20,002 bases of DNA from Candidatus Bathyarchaeota archaeon (GTDB taxonomy: Archaea; Thermoproteota; Bathyarchaeia; Bathyarchaeales; Bathyarchaeaceae). Numbering within the stretch: the first letter of the stretch is position 1; each line of letters opens with the position of its first letter. The position numbers and the translations under genes were made by a program. The DNA is taken from NCBI GenBank assembly GCA_963697165.1, contig CAVOMX010000005.1, positions 1 through 20,002 of the forward strand, written 5' to 3'. Below the pieces are notes generated by a model. The model was not told the DNA's origin. It was given only the letters and a program-made list of their open reading frames with translations, and made no database searches. This document shows, piece after piece, positions 9,542 through 18,108 of the stretch.

Positions 9542-10669
9542 TTATGTTTCACAACGGTTTAGAGCAGTAACACTATTCCAGAGATTGCAATCAATGTTTG
9601 GACTGCCTATAATGAAGAGCACAACATCTCTTTCGTACACTTTGTCTTTTACTCGTTTCAGGACCCAGATGGCTATGTGGGTTGTGTCGTAGAGGTGCTT
9701 GTATGGTAGTTCTAGCGAGCCGTCCTTGTTGGGTTTTGCGAAGGCTTGAACATCCCCCTTTTTGTCGATGGCTCTGGCTCTGAAGTACAACAGGATTTCT
9801 ATGAAGTAGGGGATAAAAAGCCATAATGCGATTCTTTCCATGTTTCCCAGAATAGCTAAAGTGGCAATCAAAGCGCCAATAGCGTAGCTGAAGGAGTTGC
9901 CGGGAAACACTTTTGCAGGGTACCAATTAAACGTCAGAAACGCAAGCAGACAGGTACAAACAATGAATGATATCAACGAAATCCATAGTCTTCCAATAAG
10001 TAGACCTGTGAAGCCGAAGGTAGCAAAAAACACTAAACCCATACCTGCTTCCAGTCCGTTATAGCCTGCGAGAAGGTTGAATCCGTTTGTGGCACCGATT
10101 ACACCCAATGGAACAACCATCAAAGGATAGAGCAGCCACAGGTCCACGTTACCCAGAAACGGAAGCAGTATAACTGATTGGTTAACATTCATGACGGTTA
10201 ATGGAAGAGCTATTGGAATTGTAAGTAAGACCTTCTGGAGTTGGCTTAGTCCTTCTTTCCATCCTAGAATGTCGTCAATGAATCCTATGAATCCAGCAAG
10301 CAAGATTGTGGCTGAAATCGCGAATACCTCAACCACGTTTGTTGATGTGGTTCCAAGAAGAGAAAAAGTTTTCAGGAAAATGTAAATCAGCAAAGAGAAA
10401 CAGATCACTATCGTGACAACTAATCCTCCCGACCGTGGAACTAGTGGGTAGTCAGGTTTGTTCATGTCTTTTCCCACGAGTTTTGCTACGTTAGCTGATC
10501 TGATCCATCTTTTTGTGAGAAACAAAGTCAAACCGAAACTCAACAGCATGATTATCCCAGACAGAACAAGTTCGTTGATGTTGATGAACATAAAATCAAA
10601 GAAACCGGCAAGACGGTCGGTAAGAATTGAAACTATCGTCATCAAAGTAAAGAACGTTAAGACAGCCAT
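9542..10669 (-). CDS. Glycosyltransferase family 4 (MraY-like) UDP-GlcNAc:dolichyl-phosphate GlcNAc-1-phosphotransferase, AglH-like
   Basis: GKDMNKP..VP..GG, GFIDD, NGFNLLAGYNGLEAG and FNWYPAKVFPGN. The true C-terminus is probably VQTLIAISGIVLLL* (stop 9559-9561) after a late frameshift. Confidence 0.9.
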   Translation of the reverse strand: MAVLTFFTLMTIVSILTDRLAGFFDFMFININELVLSGIIMLLSFGLTLFLTKRWIRSANVAKLVGKDMNKPDYPLVPRSGGLVVTIVICFSLLIYIFLKTFSLLGTTSTNVVEVFAISATILLAGFIGFIDDILGWKEGLSQLQKVLLTIPIALPLTVMNVNQSVILLPFLGNVDLWLLYPLMVVPLGVIGATNGFNLLAGYNGLEAGMGLVFFATFGFTGLLIGRLWISLISFIVCTCLLAFLTFNWYPAKVFPGNSFSYAIGALIATLAILGNMERIALWLFIPYFIEILLYFRARAIDKKGDVQAFAKPNKDGSLELPYKHLYDTTHIAIWVLKRVKDKVYERDVVLFIIGSPNIDCNLWNSVTALNRCET

Positions 10670-10774
10670 TTTGTTTTGCCTCTGTTCCTGATTCCTATAA
10701 TCCAGATTTTTTGTTCGCCTGTTTTAAACAGAATCTGTAGCCTTAAAAACTTAAGCGTTGCCCTGAAACGACGG

Positions 10775-12155
10775 CTACTCGGAATCTGCTTTCTGTTGTG
10801 TCCAAACGCCTCTTCCAAATCCGCGATACACAAAGCCCGCCTTTTCTGCCTTTGCGGGATCAACAACTTGCCCCATGTCCACAATGGCTGCTGGTTGCCT
10901 CATCAGCATCTGGAGTCTCTTCAGATTCAATCGACTAAAACGATCATGCGCAACTGCTATTACCAGACAGTCTGCACCCTCAACAGTCTTAGATAAGCTT
11001 GTCTCAGCATCATAACCCATACTTACGAGTTCGTTGTGAGAAAAGAACGGGTCATAAACTTGAACGGACATGCCTCTCTTTTTTAGAAGTTTCACAAGTT
11101 TTTTTGTTGCAGAATTGTTTGCTCGTTTCCTGTTTGGGAGAGACGATATTCCAAAAACTGTAATCTTGGCTCTCCTTAACGTTTTTTGGCTTGACCGCAG
11201 GGAATCTCGTATCAGTCGTATTGCATGCTCCAGTGTCTCATCGTTTATTTTTGTCGACAGCGACAACATGCGCAGTTTAACGTCTACGGCTTCCGCCTCT
11301 TCAACCAGAAAATATGAATCTCTTGAGGTGTGAAGCCCAGCCATCTTCGAAAAATTTAGCGGATTAATGATGTTCCTTATTTTAACAAAGTCTATTCCCG
11401 CCTTCTCGCAAAACTGTGCAAACTCGTTTGCGAATGCAATGTTAACGTCCTTGTATGCTTCCTCTAGCAGCTTCACTGCCTCCGCCGTTTTTATGTCTCT
11501 TACTCTGACGATTTCTCCCTTCATGATTGTTCTCAAGAAGGAGGCACGTAACTTTCAGGCTTCGTTTGGTTATGCCGCCAACAACCGTTTTGCAGCTAGA
11601 AACATCCTTTGAAAGATGCGTTGAATTATTCAGCATCGAAAAATATGCTAAACCAAAAGCTACTCCAGCTTCTAAACCAGAGGCGGTTTCAATTGTTTCC
11701 TTTGCCACGGTTTCGGTAATGCCCGGACCCAGGGTGTTCTGAAAAATAATCAAAGAACCTGCAGTTAAGCTCATGCCAATTTCTTTGCATGCTTTTTCGA
11801 GCCGCGAATAGTCTGGTTTCCTTTTTTTGTCAAGAGATGCTGGAACGTCAATTAGTATGATGTCGCTTTCTGAGACTGCCTTTCTGAGGTTGGTTGTTGC
11901 CCTAAACGGGGTGGTCTTTAGGCGTGGCTCTATGAACTTGCGAATATCAGTTTCAGTGAAGGGTGACTTACTTCTCTTTAATTCATGAACAATATTACTG
12001 CTAGAGTCAACAACAATAACTTTGAATCCTGATTCTGCAAAAAGGCAAGCCATAACTAGGCTTGTTCTTCCGCAACCTACAACACATACAGTGAGTTCTC
12101 GCTTCTTCTCCGGAGATTCCAAGTCTTTGCCTGTAAGCGTCATGACCCTTGACAT
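10775..12155 (-). CDS. UDP-glucose/GDP-mannose dehydrogenase family (WecC-like) protein with degenerate active site, frameshift near 11535
   Basis: ORFs 11442-12155 and 10775-11536. Rossmann VCVVGCG, AEAVKLLEEAYKDVNIAFANE and a C-terminal UDP-binding domain (VYDP, ADCLVIAVAH, AIVD). Confidence 0.85.
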
Positions 12156-12279
12156 TTTTCTCTTCCACCAATTGTCTGCCTGTGTTATTAATATATGGCG
12201 AACATTTTTGTTTCAAGCAGATTAACTGTTCAGGAAATCTATAGGTTGAAATTAACAAGAACCTGTAAAACTTTAAGGC

Positions 12280-13374
12280 TTAAATTATGCGCTTGTGTTC
12301 TGGAACGTTCTCGGTGACTTCTTTGGAGTGACAAACTGTAACACCTCTTGAAACTGTGACGTTGTCATGAATTGTCGCATAATCGCCAATTACACATCCT
12401 TCGCTAATTTTTGCGCCTGCACCTATTGTGGCTCCTTCTCCGATAACCGCCCCCCTAACTGTGGCGTCATCCTCAATTGTTGCTGATGGAAAAACAACCG
12501 AATCTTCCAAGCTCACATTTTTGCCCAAAACCGCATCTCTGCCGATTACTGCGTAGGGACCTACCTTCGAGTTCTGCCCAACTGTAACGTTCGCGTCGAA
12601 CCTGACAGGATCAATAAACTCTATTCTCTCATCTAATTTGACATCATTTCCGAGAAGCCGCTTTTCTGTTTCTGCATCAAGCAAGAGCCTGTTTGCCCTC
12701 AGGTAATCTGATGGTTTTCCGATGTCAATCCATATTTCCTTGAATTCATGACCAAAAAGTTTGCCCTCTTCTGCCAGCTTTGGGAACACTTCATGCTCAA
12801 TCGAGACTGGTCTCCCAGCGGGAATATAATCGAAGATTTTGGGGTCTAGCACGTAGACTCCAGCGTTGATGAGGTTGCTGGGAGCTTTTCCAAGAGGAGC
12901 CTTCTCTATGAAATGTGTCACCATGTTCTTTTCTGCTAGTTTCACTGTTCCGTATCTGCTCGGGTCTTCGACTCTGTAGAGTGCTATCGTTGCAATCGCG
13001 TCTGATTCTTCATGCTTCTTTATGAGTGCACTGTAATCGATGGTTGTGAATATGTCGCCGTTTAGGACCAAGAAATGTTTTTCATGTCCGATTTGTTTCT
13101 CAGCGTATTTTATGGCTCCGCCTGTGCCCATGGGCTTCTTTTCTATTGAATATGAGATTTTGATTCCATGCTTTGATTCGCCGTAGCGTTGCATGAACGC
13201 TTCAGCCATGTATTTAACGGCCAAGGTGACTCCGTTAACTCTTGTTTCTGCTAGCCGTTCAAGGGTTCCGTCGAGTAGTGGCTTGTTTAGTATGGGAAAC
13301 AGAAGCTTTGGTCGGGTACAGCTGAGAGGTCTTAGTCTAGTTCCGATACCTCCCGCCAAAATTATTGCCTTCAA
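12280..13374 (-). CDS. NDP-sugar synthase / sugar-1-phosphate nucleotidylyltransferase (mannose-1-P guanylyltransferase-like) with C-terminal left-handed beta-helix
   Basis: KAIILAGGIGTRLRPLS..PK, GTGGA, LNGD, YG.V, EK, INAGVY, WIDIG, followed by hexapeptide repeats. Confidence 0.92.
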   Translation of the reverse strand: MKAIILAGGIGTRLRPLSCTRPKLLFPILNKPLLDGTLERLAETRVNGVTLAVKYMAEAFMQRYGESKHGIKISYSIEKKPMGTGGAIKYAEKQIGHEKHFLVLNGDIFTTIDYSALIKKHEESDAIATIALYRVEDPSRYGTVKLAEKNMVTHFIEKAPLGKAPSNLINAGVYVLDPKIFDYIPAGRPVSIEHEVFPKLAEEGKLFGHEFKEIWIDIGKPSDYLRANRLLLDAETEKRLLGNDVKLDERIEFIDPVRFDANVTVGQNSKVGPYAVIGRDAVLGKNVSLEDSVVFPSATIEDDATVRGAVIGEGATIGAGAKISEGCVIGDYATIHDNVTVSRGVTVCHSKEVTENVPEHKRII

Positions 13375-13535
13375 TCTAAATCAGTCCTGAAACAGTAACT
13401 GTGCGATATGAAAGTAAAAGGTTTATGAACGATTCTTTTGCTTCATATCCTCAACACGAGAGCCTATGTTTGGGTTTGGCTGGATAAGATTTAATTTCAG
13501 GCTTACAAGTATGGTTACTCTTGTTGCCTTCGAAT

Positions 13536-13623
13536 GCGGGGGTTGCCAAGCCAGGTCAAAGGCGCAGCCCTGAGGCGGCTGTCCCGTAGGGGTTCGTGGG
13601 TTCGAATCCCACCCTCCGCACCA
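13536..13623 (+). tRNA. tRNA-Leu(GAG), CCA encoded
   Basis: Acceptor GCGGGGG/CCTCCGC, anticodon arm CAGCC-CTGAGGC-GGCTG, long variable arm, T arm GTGGG-TTCGAAT-CCCAC, discriminator A then CCA. Confidence 0.97.
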
Positions 13624-13949
13624 ACATTAATTTTGTCATTTTCAATATTTGGGAATTAACTGAACGAGGAAAGTAAAATCGGGTAGGTTGATTGTCGAAG
13701 AGAGTGCCGTCGTAAACCCTTCTAAACATAAGGTATGGTAAATCTTTAAAAAATTAGAAACATGGCAGCACTGGAGCGCGGGTATCGTTGAGCCAAAATG
13801 GCTTTCGGGAATGCCTTGGACAAAACGTTCGGTTTTCTAATTCTCTGCAGTTACATGAAACAAAAAGAAAACACTGGGGCCTACAATGAGAATGGTTAAT
13901 ACTGAACGCATTTTAGCTGCATAATTCATCCATATTTCAAAATTGCTAA

Positions 13950-13966
13950 GGGATAAAATTTATCCC
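13950..13966. promoter_or_regulatory. Palindrome GGGATAAA-A-TTTATCCC
   Basis: Perfect 8-bp arms. Related copies occur at 2542-2558 and 14286-14302. Confidence 0.45.
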
Positions 13967-14007
13967 AAAAACCAACTTTGCGGACATTGTTCTTAATAGT
14001 ATGCGAT

Positions 14008-14136
14008 CTAAGTTTTCCTATGTTTTGCAGGAAGTGCAACGCTCTTTTTTTCTTTCTTTTTCATCTTCTTTGCCCTTACCGCTTGCCTGTGCTGATCCAG
14101 ACCTGCAGTTTTAGCTTTTTTGCTATTCTTAGTCAA
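14008..14136 (-). CDS. Small Lys-rich basic protein (42 aa), not in the ORF track
   Basis: TTG start with GGAGGT SD 6 nt upstream. Sequence MTKNSKKAKTAGLDQHRQAVRAKKMKKKEKKSVALPAKHRKT*. Confidence 0.55.
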   Translation of the reverse strand: MTKNSKKAKTAGLDQHRQAVRAKKMKKKEKKSVALPAKHRKT

Positions 14137-14382
14137 GTTATGACCTCCGCCTTTAAGGCACAACTCGGTGATTCTTCTTTAAAAATGTTTATCTAAAGCA
14201 CGTACGAATCTATCTAAAAATGCTCATGCATAAAACCAAAAATCATCCTATTCTTAAATCCGAGTATAATATTGTTATTCTCAAGAGGTTAAAATTTATC
14301 CCCAAACCCCTTTCCTGCATATTAGGAGATTACTAACAGTTGATTGTTGAAAACAGTCTTTTGTTTACTCTAACTCTTCGAG

Positions 14383-15672
14383 TCAATTCTTGGTCCTCTC
14401 ACTGTATTGGTTTACTTTTTTTGTTAATTTTGTCCTGTAGACTAATACCGCAATCGTGAGACCACTGAACATAATCACTATGGGAGTCCATGATGGAAAC
14501 TCTGGGATTATGGCGTCTTGGCTGTTATCGTTGTTTGCTAGGTAGTTGTTAGAGACTGTGTTATCACTTGAATCGTGTCCCCAGATCGTGATGCCCTTCC
14601 CATTGTTTCCTGTTATTGTGTTCTCGGTGATGACCGCTCCTCGAGAATCGTAAAAATTGATTCCGTTCTCTTGGTTGTCTGTTATGCTGTTTGCAGTAAC
14701 GATTGTGTTTTCAGAGTTCCATGAGTGGATGCCGTCTTTGGTGTTTGCTGTTAGATTGTTTTCTGTTATGCGGTTGCTGCGACATTGTTCGTAGGGCGCA
14801 AAGAGCATGACGCCGTAGTCGTTGTTTGATATATAATTTTTTGTTATTATCGAGTTGTCTGTGGCAACCAGCAGTATGCCTTGGCTGTTGTTTGTGAGAA
14901 CTAGGTTTTGGACCGTGATTGCTGTGCAGTTTACGAGAGCTACATATCCAGCGTCATGAGGCACAGTTTTGTCTTGCTGATTAACCCAGTAGATGACGGG
15001 TTTGCCGTTTATCGTGTTTGAATGGTCGATGTCGTTCATGAAGTATGTCATTTGAACTCCGGTTTCGCATGAAATCCAGAAGTTATATTTGTTATTGGTC
15101 AGCTGGTTGTTTCTGAAGGTATTGTTTGGGGAGTGATTGAGGGAAACCCCATAGATGTTATTTGCGATGATGTTATCAAGGAAGTAGTTGCTACTTGAGA
15201 ACAACCAGACAGTTATTCCATATTCGTTGTCGGTTATAGTATTTCCAGAAAGTGTAATATCTCTGCAACCATCCATTGACATTCCATAAGTAAATTCGAT
15301 GCCATGGATGAAGCTTCTGATGTGCAGGTCCTTTACCGTTACACCTGTTATTTCTTGAAACCAAACACCTGTGCGATATCCATTTCCCTGAAGAGTATAA
15401 CCTGCCCCATCAACAACTATTCCATCACGAAAGATTACAATGCTACCCACGATGTCTCCTGTAAACGTGTAAATGTTGCCGTTGCGCTGAATCTTATCCG
15501 TTCCTATTACATCTCCGTTCGCAGTAATCTCGATAGTGTGTTCAGGCACTGGAGCAGGAAAAAAATTAGCAGAAACCAAACCAACAAACTGTGAACCACT
15601 GAATAATGAAAGAGTTAGTAAAAACAGTAAAAGCGAAACAAACCCTGAATTCATCAAATGTTTCTTGCTCAT
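14383..15672 (-). CDS. Secreted NosD/CASH-type right-handed beta-helix protein with PEF-CTERM-like tail
   Basis: Signal peptide, DGAGYTLQG, repeated N.I..N..GI units, SNTINGKPVIYW, and a C-terminal IPEFPSW + TM + basic residues. Confidence 0.88.
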   Translation of the reverse strand: MSKKHLMNSGFVSLLLFLLTLSLFSGSQFVGLVSANFFPAPVPEHTIEITANGDVIGTDKIQRNGNIYTFTGDIVGSIVIFRDGIVVDGAGYTLQGNGYRTGVWFQEITGVTVKDLHIRSFIHGIEFTYGMSMDGCRDITLSGNTITDNEYGITVWLFSSSNYFLDNIIANNIYGVSLNHSPNNTFRNNQLTNNKYNFWISCETGVQMTYFMNDIDHSNTINGKPVIYWVNQQDKTVPHDAGYVALVNCTAITVQNLVLTNNSQGILLVATDNSIITKNYISNNDYGVMLFAPYEQCRSNRITENNLTANTKDGIHSWNSENTIVTANSITDNQENGINFYDSRGAVITENTITGNNGKGITIWGHDSSDNTVSNNYLANNDNSQDAIIPEFPSWTPIVIMFSGLTIAVLVYRTKLTKKVNQYSERTKN

Positions 15673-16595
15673 TCCTTGTTACTCCTTCCTTTGTGTTTAA
15701 GGGACAGGTAACCAGCCACCACAACAGTTGACAATGCTGTCACTCCTAGAATGGCATAACCTTGCTCTGTCGATAAATTTGAAGCAAAAAAACTTGAACT
15801 AATATTCTCTATCTCTTTTTCTTCACCAAAAGATATTAGTAGGTCTCCGGGAAGCGGTTTTGAGTATTCGGAAATAACTTGAAGCGAAACTGTTTCTGCT
15901 GCATCCTCTTTTTTAACTGTATAGTTTACTGGATTAGTTGATCCATTTGTTGCTATGGTGTATGCTTTGAGGTTTTTGATGTTTGTTTCAAATCTTATGT
16001 TGAAGTGGGCTGTGGATTTGGTGCTCCAAGGCGACAAATATGGGCTTATGTTCAAATCATATAAGAATGTGTAGCTTCCATTATTTTTTGTGATCGGGTG
16101 CTCGTAATGGATTTTAAGGGTAAACTGGTCTAAAACAGGATGGATTGTGCATGAAATCATTGGCCAGTCTCCGATGGCAGTGTTATGCAAGGCGTAAGGA
16201 AAAGCTTGGGTGTAGTTGCTCCATTTCAGTTCTGTTTCATCAACTTTTATAGTGATGCTGGTTGTGCCTAGAGGGGTAGGATAAACTAGTGATTGGGTGT
16301 CGCCAGTAAACAAAAACCACGTGTTGTCTATCCCGATTAATTGGTTTTGATATTCAATATCCAATTTAGATAGAGGATATGTGCCGTCCACTTTTGCCCA
16401 TAAACTTCCGTTAATATAAGAAATCGTGTAGTCAATATATTCTTCAGTCATTTCAAGTGTAAAAAATGGAATGGGGTTCGCCGCAACTGTCGCAATATTT
16501 GGAAAAGTGACCAAAACAGAAGAAAGAACTATTAACAGAATGAGATTAGCGCTCCTTTGCCCCATCAAAGGCACCATTAATACATTAGTTAACAA
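15669..16595 (-). CDS. Secreted, C-terminally anchored hypothetical protein
   Basis: Signal peptide ending at about VAA-NPIP, beta-rich body, C-terminal TM followed by KHKGR. Overlaps the NosD gene by 4 nt. The true start may be a downstream ATG. Confidence 0.8.
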   Translation of the reverse strand: MLTNVLMVPLMGQRSANLILLIVLSSVLVTFPNIATVAANPIPFFTLEMTEEYIDYTISYINGSLWAKVDGTYPLSKLDIEYQNQLIGIDNTWFLFTGDTQSLVYPTPLGTTSITIKVDETELKWSNYTQAFPYALHNTAIGDWPMISCTIHPVLDQFTLKIHYEHPITKNNGSYTFLYDLNISPYLSPWSTKSTAHFNIRFETNIKNLKAYTIATNGSTNPVNYTVKKEDAAETVSLQVISEYSKPLPGDLLISFGEEKEIENISSSFFASNLSTEQGYAILGVTALSTVVVAGYLSLKHKGRSNKE

Positions 16596-16606
16596 AGGGG
16601 AAAAGG

Positions 16607-16675
16607 GTTTTTGTCAAGAAACCTTGACCAAAATATCCCCCGTTGAATATATGCCTAGTCAAGAAACCTTGACTA
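16607..16675. promoter_or_regulatory. Two copies of the palindrome GTCAAG-AAAC-CTTGAC, 45 bp apart
   Basis: Copies at 16613-16628 and 16658-16673. The second extends to TAGTCAAG-AAAC-CTTGACTA (16656-16675). Confidence 0.7.
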
Positions 16676-16713
16676 ATTCATTATATTAAATATTAATAAT
16701 AGGATTTGAATTT

Positions 16714-16830
16714 TGGTTGGTTGCTCAAATTTGATCATTCTGAGTTAATTTGGTTTTTTAGGTTTGATCTCTTGATTGTTTTAATAAAAATTATAGTTGC
16801 TATGGATGCTGCTATAATGGCAACCAACCA
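16714..16830. repeat. 11-bp perfect inverted repeat bounding a 117-bp segment
   Basis: TGGTTGGTTGC (16714-16724) and GCAACCAACCA (16820-16830). Confidence 0.5.
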
Positions 16831-16848
16831 TGCATAAGGTGTCAAAAT

Positions 16849-18044
16849 ATGTTCATATTCTGGTTGATACATGCCAGAAGCCTCCTAAAACTTGCCAATT
16901 ACCTCCTTCGCTACAGAACAGGCAGCCCAGCGACATTATACCTTTACGTCGACTGCTTATGGCGCTATACCAACAGAGCAAGTTTAAGCCCCGACCAGCT
17001 AATCTCAGACGTCAAAGACGAAAACGGACTTCCAAAGCCTCATAGAATCCCATACCACATCAAAGCCCTAGAAGACTACGTCTGCGAACTACAAGACAAT
17101 GGATTAGCGTCATCCAGAATAGGCATTTACGTAAAAGCCGTCAGAGCCCTATACCGAGTAAACGGAATAGACATCAAGCTTCCACAATCACTAAGCCGCA
17201 GAGTCGTTCGACACGACAGAGCACCCAAGCCAGACGAGCTCCGACGCGTTATAGACATAGCAGAACTAGAGAGAGAGTTATAGATAGCATACTAGCACTA
17301 GGAGGCTTTCGCGAAGGAACACTAGTGAAGCTCAAATATAGGCACGTACTTAGAAGACCTCGAAAAGGGCATCATACCTCTGCATATACACGTGGAATCC
17401 GCAATCACTAAAGGAAAATACCATGACTACGACACATTCATCGGAAAAGAAGCTGTAGACTACCTCGTTGAATATCTAGAAACTCGCCGACTAGGAAGCC
17501 CAGGTGGAAAAATACCGCCTGAAAACATCCATGACGAATCGCCACTTATCTGCAACAGTATCTCTAGAACACCCAAAACAGTCAGAACGAAGCAAATCTA
17601 CAATCTGGTGCACAACTTATACTTCAAGGCAGGGCTACTGAAACGAAACTCTGGTGGCTCTACACCCTAAAAGTGCATAGTATAAGAAAATTCTTCAAAA
17701 CACAGCTCTTAGCTTTAGGGGTTCAGGCAGATTACGTTGACTACATGATGGGTCACACCATCGACGTTTACCACGACATCCAAATGAACGGCATAGAGTA
17801 TCTACGCAACGTCTATAGAGCGTCCGGATTGGCGATAACGCCTAAAACCCAGAATTCAAAAATCGAAGCACTAAAGGAGATCATAAGGGCGTGGGGTCTA
17901 AACCCTGAAGAAATCCTCACCAGAAAAGCTATGTCCAAACCTCACCGAACAATCTTAGTCCCACAAGACCTGGAGAACAACCAAATAAAGATCTTATGCG
18001 ATGCTTTAAAGACAGAAATCAAAAAGGAATTAATATCGAGATGA
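16849..18044 (+). CDS. Tyrosine recombinase/integrase (frameshifted, N-terminus uncertain)
   Basis: Joined frames show the R-K-HxxR-H-Y set: LGGFREGTL, ITKGK, HSIRK, MMGH and DVYH. Confidence 0.9.
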
Positions 18045-18072
18045 CATCTATTCCTTTCCAGAGAAATAAAAA

Positions 18073-18087
18073 CCCGCGGACCCGCCA
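18073..18087 (+). other. tRNA 3'-end-like att remnant (tRNA-Arg-like)
   Basis: CCCG-CGGACCC-G-CCA parses as the 3' strand of the T-stem, acceptor strand, discriminator and CCA. It is a GC patch in an A-rich spacer 28 bp after the integrase stop. Confidence 0.55.
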
Positions 18088-18108
18088 TAAACAGGAAGAA
18101 AACATGAA

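Larger units (their letters stand above)
13624..18087. mobile_element. Integrase-associated genomic island (probably decayed) between tRNA-Leu and argS
   Basis: Begins at a tRNA 3' end, carries accessory secreted proteins and a tyrosine recombinase, and ends in a tRNA-3'-end-like sequence. Confidence 0.7.

Noticed and set aside
13600..13623. Duplicated tRNA-Leu 3' end marking the far end of the island
   Set aside because: I found no copy of CCCACCCTCCGCACCA downstream in the window.
3454..13724. AAACCCTTCTA direct repeat at 3454 and 13714 as element boundaries
   Set aside because: Only 11 bp, similar AAACCCT tracts are common here, and the enclosed region is housekeeping DNA.
13978..14196. 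72-aa plus-strand ORF
   Set aside because: Phe/Leu/Cys-rich shadow of the Lys-rich minus-strand microprotein, which has a clear SD.
14383..15672. Nitrous oxide reduction inferred from NosD-like and NapH-like genes
   Set aside because: NosD/CASH beta-helices are generic in archaeal surface proteins, and no nosZ or napA is present.
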